Source: an uncultured Actinomycetes bacterium (GTDB lineage: Bacteria > Actinomycetota > Thermoleophilia > Gaiellales > Gaiellaceae). From it: a stretch of DNA of 64,000 nucleotides. The stretch covers positions 195,269-259,268 of the forward strand of contig CAVVDH010000001.1 of NCBI GenBank assembly GCA_963746965.1. The letters are read 5' to 3'. The position numbers and the translations under genes are program-made. Below, piece after piece: positions 27,400-36,777 of this stretch. Each line of letters begins with the position of its first letter. The first letter of the stretch is position 1. Under the pieces are notes generated by a model that was not told the origin of the DNA, did no database searches, and worked only from the letters and a program-made list of their open reading frames with translations.

Positions 27400-28434
27400 T
27401 CAGGCTTCGATCAGCTGGAGGAGGCGTTGGAGTTGCCGTTCGTAGGAGAAGTTCTCGCGAAGGTGGGCTCGCATTCCCTCGACGATGCCCGCGTAGTGGT
27501 CGGTGCGTTCGAGCAGGTCGAGGATCTTCTCCTGCGGATCGGACTCCGGTAACCGCAGCTCGAGCGCCTGCTCGCCGTAGATCTCGGACACGAACTCCGG
27601 CTCCTGACAGAAGAGTGGCAGCGTGTTCGCCGCCGGCGTCTCGAACGTGCGACACGTGACCAGGCGAAGGCGGTCGTACAGCGGTCGGTAGATCACCGGC
27701 ATGAACACCCCCAGACCCATGCACTCGACCACACGGTCGAACTGCACCGGCTCACGCAGCTCGACCCCCAACTGCCGCAGATACTCCGGATCCGTGTCGT
27801 CGTACGGCGAGGGCCAAGGCAGCGCGTCCCACCAGCGACCGATCAACACGATCCGTCCGACATCCTCGCGCACCGGCTCGAGCGCCTCCAAGACCCGGCG
27901 CAGCCCACGCCAACGCCGCCAGTTGTTGCCGACGTAACACATCCCGTACTCCTTGCCGGCGAAATCGAGCGGCCGCTCCCAGCTCGGGTCGTACGCGTGC
28001 CAGAAGAACGTGCCCACGTTCTCGCGCAGCGGATGCAGCGTCGGCTGCACGATCTTGTCCGACAGGCTGTCGCAGATCTCGACCCAGCGCGCACTCGCCG
28101 CAGCGTCGGGATGGTTGGAGTCGTCCCCGCCAAGCCGAATGGCGTCGTTGTAACCGCCATCCTGGTCCACGACGATCCGCCGCTCGCGCGGCACCCGCGC
28201 GACCAGCCGCGCCAGATCGAGCTCGTCCCCGTACTCCAGCGCCGTCTGGGATTCGAAGATGAACACGAGCGCGTCGGACTCCGACACCTCCGTCGAATAG
28301 TCGAACGGTGACCCGGTCACCGGGCCGTACACGACGAGCTCGTGGCCGAGCTTCTCCGCGACCCGTCGATAGCTGTGCAGACTGGTCGCACTCCCGGCGT
28401 CGACCGGAAGCCAGCAGAGGATCACCACCCGCAT
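27400..28434 (-). CDS. CgeB-like / Glyco_trans_1_2-like GT-B protein, paralogue A
   Basis: 344 aa. MRVVILCW.. Rossmann-like N-terminus, YVGNNWRRWRGL, IGRWWDALPW, TCRTFETPAANTLPLF. Confidence 0.7.
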   Translation of the reverse strand: MRVVILCWLPVDAGSATSLHSYRRVAEKLGHELVVYGPVTGSPFDYSTEVSESDALVFIFESQTALEYGDELDLARLVARVPRERRIVVDQDGGYNDAIRLGGDDSNHPDAAASARWVEICDSLSDKIVQPTLHPLRENVGTFFWHAYDPSWERPLDFAGKEYGMCYVGNNWRRWRGLRRVLEALEPVREDVGRIVLIGRWWDALPWPSPYDDTDPEYLRQLGVELREPVQFDRVVECMGLGVFMPVIYRPLYDRLRLVTCRTFETPAANTLPLFCQEPEFVSEIYGEQALELRLPESDPQEKILDLLERTDHYAGIVEGMRAHLRENFSYERQLQRLLQLIEA

Positions 28435-28444
28435 CCTGTTTCCC

Positions 28445-29482
28445 TCAGGCCTCGACCAGTTCGAGGAGGCGTCGGAGTTGCCGTTCGTAGGAGAAGTTCT
28501 CGCGAAGGTGGGCTCGCATTCCCTCGACGATGCCCGCGTAGTGGTCGGTGCGTTCGAGCAGATCGAGGATCTTCTCCTGCGGATCGGACTCCGGTAACCG
28601 CAGCTCGAGCGCCTGCTCGCCGTAGATCTCGGACACGAACTCCGGCTCCTGACAGAAGAGTGGCAGCGTGTTCGCCGCCGGCGTCTCGAACGTGCGACAC
28701 GTGATGAGCCGCAGCCTGTCGAAGAGCGGTCGGTAGATCACCGGCATGAACACCCCCAGACCCATGCACTCGACCACACGGTCGAACTGCACCGGCTCAC
28801 GCAGCTCGACCCCCAACTGCCGCAGATACTCCGGATCCGTGTCGTCGTACGGCGAGGGCCAAGGCAGCGCGTCCCACCAGCGACCGATCAACACGATCCG
28901 TCCGACATCCTCGCGCACCGGCTCGAGCGCCTCCAAGACCCGGCGCAGCCCACGCCAACGCCGCCAGTTGTTGCCGACGTAACACATCCCGTACTCCTTG
29001 CCGGCGAAATCGAGCGGCCGCTCCCAGCTCGGGTCGTACGCGTGCCAGAAGAACGTGCCCACGTTCTCGCGCAGCGGATGCAGCGTCGGCTGCACGATCT
29101 TGTCCGACAGGCTGTCGCAGATCTCGACCCAGCGCGCACTCGCCGCAGCGTCGGGATGGTTGTAGTCGTCCCCGCCAAGCCGGATCGCGTCGTTGTATCG
29201 GCCGTCGCAGTCGATCACCACCCGCCGCTCGCGCGGCACCCGGGCAACCAGCCGCGCCAGATCGAGCTCGTCGCCGTCCTGAAGTGCGGTCGTCCCTTCG
29301 AAGATGAACACGAGCGCGTCGGACTCCGACACCTCCGTCGAATAGTCGAACGGAAGACCGTTTCCCGACCCGTACAGGACGACCTCGTGCCCGTGATCGG
29401 CGGCGAGCCGCGCGTAGTTGTGGAGATCCTGGGCGCTTCCAACGTCCGCTCCCCAGATCCAGTGGACGAGGACAAGCCTCAA
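28445..29482 (-). CDS. CgeB-like GT-B protein, paralogue B (C-terminal ~255 aa almost identical to A)
   Basis: TTG start 29482 overlaps the TGA of the upstream gene (TTGA): LRLVLVHWIWGADVGSAQ.... From RVPRERR onward it is nearly identical to paralogue A. Confidence 0.7.
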   Translation of the reverse strand: MRLVLVHWIWGADVGSAQDLHNYARLAADHGHEVVLYGSGNGLPFDYSTEVSESDALVFIFEGTTALQDGDELDLARLVARVPRERRVVIDCDGRYNDAIRLGGDDYNHPDAAASARWVEICDSLSDKIVQPTLHPLRENVGTFFWHAYDPSWERPLDFAGKEYGMCYVGNNWRRWRGLRRVLEALEPVREDVGRIVLIGRWWDALPWPSPYDDTDPEYLRQLGVELREPVQFDRVVECMGLGVFMPVIYRPLFDRLRLITCRTFETPAANTLPLFCQEPEFVSEIYGEQALELRLPESDPQEKILDLLERTDHYAGIVEGMRAHLRENFSYERQLRRLLELVEA

Positions 29483-30549
29483 CTTGCTACCCGAAGCGCT
29501 TCGCAGGTCGCCACCAGCTCCTCGGCGCGGGCCGTGAAGGAGTGCCGCTCCCTCAGCTGCCGGCTGACCTCGGTCGCGATCTCGCCGTAGTGCGAGGGTC
29601 GCCGCCGCACGTCGGCGAGGCGCTCGGCGCGGTCGTCGCCGAGGACGAGCTCGACGGCGTCCGGGCCGTAGATCTCGGCGACGAGCTGCGGATCGAGGTC
29701 GAAGAGGGGAATCGTGCCGGCGGCGACCGTCTCGAAGAACCGCGGCGTCACGATCTGGAGCTCCTCGAAGACCGGCCGGACGAGCACCGGGTTCACCAGG
29801 CCGAGGCTCATCGTCGCCACGACCTCGCCGGCGCTCACGGACGGCCGCACCTCGACCCCGAGCCGTCGCAGGTGGTCGGGATCGGTGAAGCAGGCGGTGC
29901 TCCGAAGCGGCTCGTCGAGCCACGCGGGCATCTGCTCCCACCCCTCTCCGGCCACCATCGCGCGCCCCGCGGCTGCCCCGGTCGACCCCGCCGCCTCGAG
30001 AACCTGCGCGAGCGCCTGCCACCGGAACCAGTTGTCACCCACGTAGACGACCCCGTAGGGCTTCGCGGCCAGGTCGAGAGGTCGCTCCCACTCCGGGTCG
30101 TAACCGTGGAAGAGGAACGGCCGGACGTCGGGCCTCAGCGGATGGAGCGTCGGCTGGAGAATCGCGGCTCCGACCGACTCGAGGCTCTCGACCCACTCCC
30201 GGCCCGGATGACCGTCGAGCTGGTCGAGATGGTTCACGTCGCCGTCGACGCGGACGGTGTCGTTGTACCGGCCGGAGCAGTCGACGACGAGCCGCCGCTC
30301 CTTCGGCATCGCATCCAGCAGGCGCGCGAGGTGCGGTAGGCCCGGGAAATCGGTGGTCTCGTTGACGACGAAGACCGCAAACTCGAAGTCGGCGGCATCC
30401 AGCGCATACGTGAGGTCCGGAAACGCCTCGTTCGGCTCGCCGAACACGGCGATCTCGTGACCGAGAGTCCTCGCGTGCCGCACGTAGCTCGCGATCGTCA
30501 ACGCACTGCCGGCAAATGGCTGAAGCGCCGAGACGAACAGGATTCTCAT
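29479..30549 (-). CDS. CgeB-like GT-B protein, paralogue C (divergent)
   Basis: ATG 30549 MRILFVSALQPFAGSALT..., YVGDNWFRW, TPRFFETVAAGTIPLF. Same architecture as A and B, visibly similar but much more diverged. Confidence 0.7.
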   Translation of the reverse strand: MRILFVSALQPFAGSALTIASYVRHARTLGHEIAVFGEPNEAFPDLTYALDAADFEFAVFVVNETTDFPGLPHLARLLDAMPKERRLVVDCSGRYNDTVRVDGDVNHLDQLDGHPGREWVESLESVGAAILQPTLHPLRPDVRPFLFHGYDPEWERPLDLAAKPYGVVYVGDNWFRWQALAQVLEAAGSTGAAAGRAMVAGEGWEQMPAWLDEPLRSTACFTDPDHLRRLGVEVRPSVSAGEVVATMSLGLVNPVLVRPVFEELQIVTPRFFETVAAGTIPLFDLDPQLVAEIYGPDAVELVLGDDRAERLADVRRRPSHYGEIATEVSRQLRERHSFTARAEELVATCEALRVAS

Positions 30550-30565
30550 CTCGGGCGCCGCCGCC

Positions 30566-31690
30566 TCAGACCTCGCACAGCTCCCGCTCCCCCTCCAGAC
30601 GCGCAACGGCGGAATGCCAGATCGAGTCCCACGCCAGCGAAGACACCGCCCCCCGGTTCTGCGCGCCGAGGGCGCTCGCCGCTGTGGGATCCGTCAGCAA
30701 GCGGACCAGCTCGGCGGCCATGCGCTCGGGCTGGTCCACGGCGATGAGTCCCGGCGACAGCGGGATGCCCTCCGCGCCGACCGAGGTCGTCACGACCGGC
30801 CGGCCGGCGGCCATCCCCTCGATCACCTTGAGCTTCGTGCCGCCCCCGGCGAAGAGCGGAGCCACGACCACCAGCGCGTCACGCAGCTCGTCCTCGAGTC
30901 TTGGCACGTAGCCCCGGACGTCGATTCCCTCCGCGTGGGCGAACGAATCCCACCCGCGGCCGACCAGGCGGAGCCCGGCGTCCGGCACATCCCGCCGAAC
31001 GGCCGGCCAGACGACGCGGGCGAACCAGTCGATCCCATCGGCGTTCGCCTGGTAGGCGCCGGGGCCGACGAACACCAGCAGCGGTGTGTCCGTGACCGAC
31101 GGCGGAGGAACGGCGAAGAGCTCGGACGACGCCCCGTTGGGCACGTGAACCGCGGCTCGAGCATCGTGGCCGAGCCGGCTCATCTCGACGCGGGACACGA
31201 ACCAGGTCTCGTCGGCCTCGTGCATGGCACGCGGCTGCAGGCGGCCGCACTTCCAGGCCATCGCGGAGCACGCGATCCGATCAGCGATCGTCCGGGAGCC
31301 ACGCGCGAGGCGGGCCAGGCGCGCCGCTTCGTCGTCGTGCATCACCAGTACCCGCCGCCTGGCCGCGTCCCCCGCCACGAGCGGCCACAGCTGCACTCCC
31401 TCGACCTGGAGGACGTCCACGCGAGACGGCACGGATCGCGCCGCGCGCCTGAACGCCGCCGCGAGGGGCGGCAAGAGACTCAGATGATCGGCTCGCTTGC
31501 GGTGCGGAAGCACGACCGGCCGGTAGTCGACGAGGTCGGCGTATGCGGTCGGCAGCCCGAGCTCGGACTCGAAGCGAAAATGCACGACGGTGACGTCGAA
31601 GCGGTCCGCGTACGCGCGAAGCATCGACTGGATCCGCGTCGCGTAGCCCGACCCGTCGAGACTGCTCGCCGTGGCGACGCAGACGTTCAC
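30566..31690 (-). CDS. Family-4 (GT-B) glycosyltransferase
   Basis: GTG 31690 overlaps the upstream stop (GTGA). VNVCVATASSLDGSGY...; GGGTKLKVIEGMAAGRPVVTTSVGAEGI. Confidence 0.85.
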   Translation of the reverse strand: MNVCVATASSLDGSGYATRIQSMLRAYADRFDVTVVHFRFESELGLPTAYADLVDYRPVVLPHRKRADHLSLLPPLAAAFRRAARSVPSRVDVLQVEGVQLWPLVAGDAARRRVLVMHDDEAARLARLARGSRTIADRIACSAMAWKCGRLQPRAMHEADETWFVSRVEMSRLGHDARAAVHVPNGASSELFAVPPPSVTDTPLLVFVGPGAYQANADGIDWFARVVWPAVRRDVPDAGLRLVGRGWDSFAHAEGIDVRGYVPRLEDELRDALVVVAPLFAGGGTKLKVIEGMAAGRPVVTTSVGAEGIPLSPGLIAVDQPERMAAELVRLLTDPTAASALGAQNRGAVSSLAWDSIWHSAVARLEGERELCEV

Positions 31691-32640
31691 GTCGTGGGAT
31701 CTCCCCGCCAGCCCGGTCCGCGGCCGGAGACGTCGACGGCGGGCCGCCGCCTGCGAGCGAGCAGGTGACTCGAGTATCCGACGAGCTTTCCGACCGCCCG
31801 CGCGGTCGAGAGAAGACCCACGCTGCAGCCCCGCAGAAGCGCATGCGCGAGGTAGATCGGGATGCGCGCTGTCTCGGCGACGAGATGCTGCGGGTTGCCG
31901 CGCTCGAGATCGTAGAACGCCCATCCGTATCCCTGGCGAAAGCTCTTTCTGAGCCGGCTGGTCAGCCGCATCGCCTCCGCCGGACGGCGGTGCCAGAGCC
32001 AGGCGTTGGGCAGGTACACGACGCTCCGACCGGCGTCACGGAGGCGATCCTGCCACTCGAGCTCCTCGAAGTAGATCGGGAGTGCCTCGTTGAAGGGTCC
32101 GACGGCGGCGAGAGCCTCTCTGCGGAGCGCGAAGTTCGCCGTCCACATGTGCTCGCGCGTGACGCGCTCGACGTCGCCGAGGTCGAGACCGCCCAGGAGC
32201 TCGAGGTTGCCCGCGGCGCACGAGCGACAGGATGTGCGTGCCACCGTGCTCGACTCGATCCGCAGCCGGATGCGGCCGCCGAGACCCATCGCTTCGGGAT
32301 GACGCGCGGCGCCTTCGACGACCTCCGCCAGCCAGTGCGGCGGAGCCTCCACGTCGTCGTCGACGTAGCAGAGAAGGTCGGCCCGCGCCTCGCGAGCGCC
32401 GGTGTTCCGGGCGGCGTTCGGGCCCCGTGGCTCGCCGTGACGGCAGAGCCGTACGCCGTCGGGCACTTCGATCGCGGGCTCGGAGCCGTCGTCGACCACC
32501 ACGATCTCGTAGCGGTCTCTCGGAAAGTCCTGCCTGAGCAGGCTCTTCACGGTGTCCGCGACGAGAGCTTGGCGGTCTCGCGTCGGAACGATGACCGACA
32601 CGTCCGGCTTGCCGGCGGGCAGAGAGGAAGCCGTGGTCAC
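31687..32640 (-). CDS. Family-2 glycosyltransferase
   Basis: 317 aa. VSVIVPTRDRQALVADTVKSLLRQDF, IVVVDDGSEP, YVDDDV. Confidence 0.85.
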   Translation of the reverse strand: MTTASSLPAGKPDVSVIVPTRDRQALVADTVKSLLRQDFPRDRYEIVVVDDGSEPAIEVPDGVRLCRHGEPRGPNAARNTGAREARADLLCYVDDDVEAPPHWLAEVVEGAARHPEAMGLGGRIRLRIESSTVARTSCRSCAAGNLELLGGLDLGDVERVTREHMWTANFALRREALAAVGPFNEALPIYFEELEWQDRLRDAGRSVVYLPNAWLWHRRPAEAMRLTSRLRKSFRQGYGWAFYDLERGNPQHLVAETARIPIYLAHALLRGCSVGLLSTARAVGKLVGYSSHLLARRRRPAVDVSGRGPGWRGDPTT

Positions 32641-33764
32641 CGCACGACCCCCTCGAGAACCTCTCGCGTCTCGTCGACGCGCGCATCCCAGGAGAACCCG
32701 TTCCGGATCCTCTCGGCCCCGGCACGCCCGAGGGAGGCAGCGAGGTCGTGGTCTTCGAGGACGGTCACGATTCTCTCGGCGAGCGCCTCGGGATCGGCCG
32801 GAGCCACGAGAAAGCCGGTCTCGCCGTCACGAACGGCGTCGGGCACGCTGCCGACCCTGGATGCGACGACCGGGCGCCCGCACGCGGCGGCTTCGAGCAC
32901 GACGAGGGGGAACGACTCCGCCGAGGTCGTGGACGGCAGGACGACCACACCAGCCTTGCGATACCTGTCGATCAGCGCGTCTCCCTGGAGGGATCCGTGG
33001 AAGTGGACGAGCCCGTCGATGCCCTGCGCCCGGCTCTGCGCCTCGAGCAGCGGCCGGTCGTCGCCGTCCCCCACGATGTCCACGCGAAGCGGCGAGATGC
33101 TGCGCGCCACCGCCGGGACCGCGTCGAGCAGGTGGCGAACTCCCTTCCAGCGCGAGCTTTGCTCGAGCCGCCCTACGTAGAGGACGCTCGCGCCGTCCAC
33201 GGCGTTGCCGTTCGGGGAGAAGCGCTCGACGTCCACGCCCGGTGTGATCACGTGCGCGTCGTAGCGCGCGAGACCCGCTCCGAACCGCGCGGAGTCCGGG
33301 GAGCAGTGGATCACCGCCGCCGCGCGGCGGAGGACGGCCGCGAGCACGAACCTCTCGTAGACGCCGAGCGCGAAGTCGTACGCGCGGCGCCCCTTCGCCA
33401 TGCTCCCGGCGTGGTAGGTCAAGACGAACGGCCTCGGCCTTGCCGCCAGGGCGGCAAGGTCGGCGATGAACGGCGGCGGGGAGTGCGCGACGACCACGTC
33501 GGGCGACTCGGCCTCGATGAGCCGAGCGAGCCTTCCGTACCAGGCGAGAGTGACCCAGGTCGCGGCGCTTCGCTCCCCGGCCGGCAGCCGGTGGACGACG
33601 ACCCCTTCGTCCTCGGAGACCCCGGCCGGTGCACCGATCGCCGAGGTCGCGACGACCACGCTCCAGTCGTGCCGTCGGCGCAGACCGACGCAGATCTCGC
33701 GGCAGTACCGCTCGGCACCGCCGACGTGCGGGGGGTAGTACGGCGTGGCGACGACGATCTTCAT
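32637..33764 (-). CDS. Family-4 (GT-B) glycosyltransferase
   Basis: 375 aa. MKIVVATPYYPPHVGGAERY; ESFPLVVLEAAACGRPVVASRVGSVPDAVRDGETGFLV. Confidence 0.9.
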   Translation of the reverse strand: MKIVVATPYYPPHVGGAERYCREICVGLRRRHDWSVVVATSAIGAPAGVSEDEGVVVHRLPAGERSAATWVTLAWYGRLARLIEAESPDVVVAHSPPPFIADLAALAARPRPFVLTYHAGSMAKGRRAYDFALGVYERFVLAAVLRRAAAVIHCSPDSARFGAGLARYDAHVITPGVDVERFSPNGNAVDGASVLYVGRLEQSSRWKGVRHLLDAVPAVARSISPLRVDIVGDGDDRPLLEAQSRAQGIDGLVHFHGSLQGDALIDRYRKAGVVVLPSTTSAESFPLVVLEAAACGRPVVASRVGSVPDAVRDGETGFLVAPADPEALAERIVTVLEDHDLAASLGRAGAERIRNGFSWDARVDETREVLEGVVR

Positions 33765-33910
33765 CCGGGAAGTTCCCCTGTCCTGGCCCGATGCGCGATC
33801 CCGTTACCCGTCAAGGCTACGGCGATTGGTGGATGCAGCCCGCGCACCTTCCAATTAGGAATCAGGCCCTCTCTTCGCGCAAGGGTCGTTCGGCTGGTCC
33901 CGAACCCGAC

Positions 33911-35044
33911 TTACACCGTCCCCGGCCGCAGGGCCCGCGAGCGGAGCCGCGGCCTCCAGTCGCTCAGCGCGAGGGCGACGGTCGCCGCGACGACGAGCAG
34001 GACGTGCACCCGTTGCGCTCCCGAGACCTCGTTCGGCCCCGGAGCTCCCCAGATGAGCAGCGGAGCGATCCAGGCGGCGCCGAAGCGGCCCCGGTAGAGC
34101 GCCACGACGACGAGGAGCAGCGCGAGGTAGTGCATCTCGAGCAGCGGCGTGAGCGCGAGGATGCCGACGATCGAGAGCGCGAACGCGTCTCGATCGCGCC
34201 CGCGCCGCCCCAGGACGACGACGAGCAGGAGGATGCCGGCGCCGATCGCGGTCTCCACGGCGGTCGCCGCCGTCCAGCCGGGCAGCACGGGCTGGAGCAG
34301 AGCGGCGACCGAGTAGCTGTGAGGGCCCTCGCCGCGCGAGACGCTCGCCAGGAGGTGCGGATAGCCGCCCAGGCCTGCGAACCCGATGCCCGCCCATGGC
34401 ACGAGGACGAGCAGCGCCGACGCGGCCGCCCCGAATGCCGCGCTCCGGTAGCGGCGCGTTGCGACGAGCCAGACGAGCACCGGCCAGAAGAAGAGCTTCA
34501 CGGCGATGACGAGCCCGACGGCGAGCGCGACGACGGCCGTCCGGTTCCGGTACCGCCAGACGAACGCCAGCCCGAGCACGGTCAGGAGCGTGACGTTCGC
34601 GGTCTGGATCCCGAACACGACGGGAAACCAGAGGAAGGCGAACGCGTGGCAGCGCCAGTCGCGGACGCCGAGCACGAGCAGCGTTGCCGGCACCGTCGCC
34701 GCGACGACGGCGACCGCGAGCGCCCCGGCGACCGTGGAAGAGAGCAGCGTGAAGGGCGCGAGCAGGAAGGCGGTCAGCGGCGGGTACAGATACGCAATCC
34801 CGTCCGCCACAGCCTTCGAGTCGACCCCGCCGTACGGCGAGATCCCGTGCAGGACGGCGTGCGCCGCGGGCAGGAACGCTCCGCGGAAGTCGACCGCGAC
34901 CGAGTGCGCTCGCGCCGCGAGGACGAGCACCCAGATCGGCACGGTGAGCGAGAGGATCGCGAGGCCGTGCGCGACCGCGTGCCGCCCGGGTTCCGCCTCG
35001 ACGCCCGACGTCAGACCGCCTGCGCTGGACAGGCTCGGTCTCAC
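33911..35044 (-). CDS. GT87 / DUF2029-family membrane glycosyltransferase, paralogue 1
   Basis: GTG 35044 overlaps the upstream stop (GTGA). DFRGAFLPAAHAVLHGISPYGG, AYLYPPLTAFLLAP, LGVRDWRC, WRYRNRT, KLFFWPVLVWLV. Confidence 0.8.
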   Translation of the reverse strand: MRPSLSSAGGLTSGVEAEPGRHAVAHGLAILSLTVPIWVLVLAARAHSVAVDFRGAFLPAAHAVLHGISPYGGVDSKAVADGIAYLYPPLTAFLLAPFTLLSSTVAGALAVAVVAATVPATLLVLGVRDWRCHAFAFLWFPVVFGIQTANVTLLTVLGLAFVWRYRNRTAVVALAVGLVIAVKLFFWPVLVWLVATRRYRSAAFGAAASALLVLVPWAGIGFAGLGGYPHLLASVSRGEGPHSYSVAALLQPVLPGWTAATAVETAIGAGILLLVVVLGRRGRDRDAFALSIVGILALTPLLEMHYLALLLVVVALYRGRFGAAWIAPLLIWGAPGPNEVSGAQRVHVLLVVAATVALALSDWRPRLRSRALRPGTV

Positions 35045-36216
35045 GCAGCCTCCGGCCGCAACCCCCGCGAGAGCAGCCGCGGTCTCCAGTCGCTCATCGC
35101 GAGGACCAGAGTCGCCACGACGACGACGAAGACGTGCACTCGATTCAGTCCGAGGCCGTTGTTCGCCTCCGAGGCTCCCCAGATGAGGAGCGGCGCGAGC
35201 CAGGCGGCGCCGAAGCCGCGGCGGTAGAGCGCGACGAGCACGAGGAACGCCGCGAGGTAGTGGATCTCGAGCAACGGGGTGAAGGCGAGTATCGCGATGA
35301 TCGCGAGCGCGAAGGCGTCCCGGTCGCGTCCGCGCCGCCCGGCGAGGACGACGAGGACGAGGACGAGCACGCCGACAACCGCCTCGATTGCCAGCGACGC
35401 GGTCCAGCTCGGGACGACGAAGTGAGCGAGCGCGGCCGCGGAGTAGCTGTTCGCGCCCTCCTTGCGCGACACGAACGACATCAGGTGCGGGTAGCCCCGC
35501 AGACCGGCGAAGCCGAGGGCCGCCCACGGGACGAAGACGAGCGCCGCGGAGGTCGCCGCGGTGAGCGCCGCGAGGCGGTAGCGGCGGGTCGCGACGAGCC
35601 AGATGAGCAGCGGCCAGAAGAAGAGCTTCAGGGCGACGATGAGCCCGCCCACGAGAGCGACGACGGCGGGCCGGTCCCGGTAGCGCCAGATGAGCGCCAG
35701 GCCGAGCACCATCGGCAGCGTGACGTTCGCGCTCTCGATCGCGGCGATCGTCGGGAGCCAGAGGAAGGCGACGGCGTGGCAGCGCCAGTCGCGGACGCCG
35801 AGCACGAGGAGCGTCGCGGGCACCATCGCCGTCACGAGCACGGTCACGACGAAGCCCGCCGCCAGCGGCGGCATCAGCGTGAGCGGCGCGAACAGGTACG
35901 CGGCCAGCGGCGGATAGAGGAACGCGTATCCCTCCTGCACCGCCCGCGAGGTGATGCCGTGGTACGGAGACGCTCCGTGCACGACCGCGTGCGCCGCCGG
36001 CACGAATGCGTAGCGGACGTCGAACGCGAACTGGTGATCCAGCGCGTTCCGGATCATCATCCAGATCGGCGTGACGACGGCCCAGAAGGCGAGGCTGTGC
36101 TTCAGCGCCCTGCGGAGCGGATCCTCGACGGGCCTCGGAGCGGCTTCTTCACCCATCCATCGCAGTGTGACGGACCTTCCGGGCGCAGCCTCCGTCGAAA
36201 CGGCTGGACGATTCAC
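35041..36216 (-). CDS. GT87 / DUF2029-family membrane glycosyltransferase, paralogue 2
   Basis: 391 aa (alternative ATG 36156). DVRYAFVPAAHAVVHGASPYHG, AFLYPPLAAYLFAP, LGVRDWRC, WRYRDRP, KLFFWPLLIWLV. Confidence 0.8.
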   Translation of the reverse strand: MNRPAVSTEAAPGRSVTLRWMGEEAAPRPVEDPLRRALKHSLAFWAVVTPIWMMIRNALDHQFAFDVRYAFVPAAHAVVHGASPYHGITSRAVQEGYAFLYPPLAAYLFAPLTLMPPLAAGFVVTVLVTAMVPATLLVLGVRDWRCHAVAFLWLPTIAAIESANVTLPMVLGLALIWRYRDRPAVVALVGGLIVALKLFFWPLLIWLVATRRYRLAALTAATSAALVFVPWAALGFAGLRGYPHLMSFVSRKEGANSYSAAALAHFVVPSWTASLAIEAVVGVLVLVLVVLAGRRGRDRDAFALAIIAILAFTPLLEIHYLAAFLVLVALYRRGFGAAWLAPLLIWGASEANNGLGLNRVHVFVVVVATLVLAMSDWRPRLLSRGLRPEAA

Positions 36217-36243
36217 AACTTTCGGGAGGGAAAGCCGGGCGAT

Positions 36244-36477
36244 CTACCGCGAGGCCGGACCGAGACCGAGCCGCGCCCGGCCCAGCCACGACCGACGCTC
36301 GCCGCTCGAGTCCTCGTCGTCCGGAGCCGGCGCGTCGTGATCGGGCGTCTTCCCGACGCCGAGCCAGTGGTAGACGGGCGGCGCGTCCGCCGGAACGTCC
36401 ACGGCGGCAGTCCGGGGCTCGGTCGCCCCGCGCTGTTCGAGCCTCTCCTTCAACGCCTTCGCGCCGTCAATGTCCAT
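36244..36477 (-). CDS. Small hypothetical protein (77 aa)
   Basis: ATG preceded by GGAAGGAG at a 7-nt spacing. MDIDGAKALKERLEQRG... with an acidic, Pro-rich tail. It heads the minus-strand GT87 operon. No family recognised. Confidence 0.5.
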   Translation of the reverse strand: MDIDGAKALKERLEQRGATEPRTAAVDVPADAPPVYHWLGVGKTPDHDAPAPDDEDSSGERRSWLGRARLGLGPASR

Positions 36478-36777
36478 CCAGTGGCTCCTTCCGCGACGTG
36501 CCTGATGTTCTCATCTTGAGTGACGACTCCTGCGTTGTCGACCGGAGATTCACGCAGGATCGCACACCAAGCCTGTCGCGACGGCCCTCTGCGGGCGCCC
36601 GCCGTCTGGTGGGCTTCGACTCATCGGAGGGCCGGGTTCAGCCCCGGAGAACCGCGTCACACTGAGCCGATGAGCGCGCGGAGGCGCTGCTGATGCTGGG
36701 CGAAGCCGAGCCGCGGGGGACTCTCCGCCCGGCGCGCGGACGAGCCGAGGTGGACCCCCGCAGGCCTGCGGGCGGCG

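Larger units (their letters stand above)
27400..29482. repeat. Tandem direct duplication, unit 1045 bp (two CgeB-like genes)
   Basis: Sequences at 27420-28150 and 28465-29195 are almost identical. Track ORFs 27701-27937 / 28746-28982 and 27752-27940 / 28797-28985 are identical, at an offset of 1045. Similarity becomes patchy in the 5' ~280 nt of each gene. Confidence 0.9.

Noticed and set aside
27372-29482. Direct repeats here, and the flp repeats at 43.8-44.8 kb, considered as a possible CRISPR array or mobile-element ends
   Set aside because: The units are 1045 nt, and 324-390 nt, and they are protein-coding paralogues. There are no short regularly spaced repeats, and no cas, transposase or integrase genes anywhere in the window.
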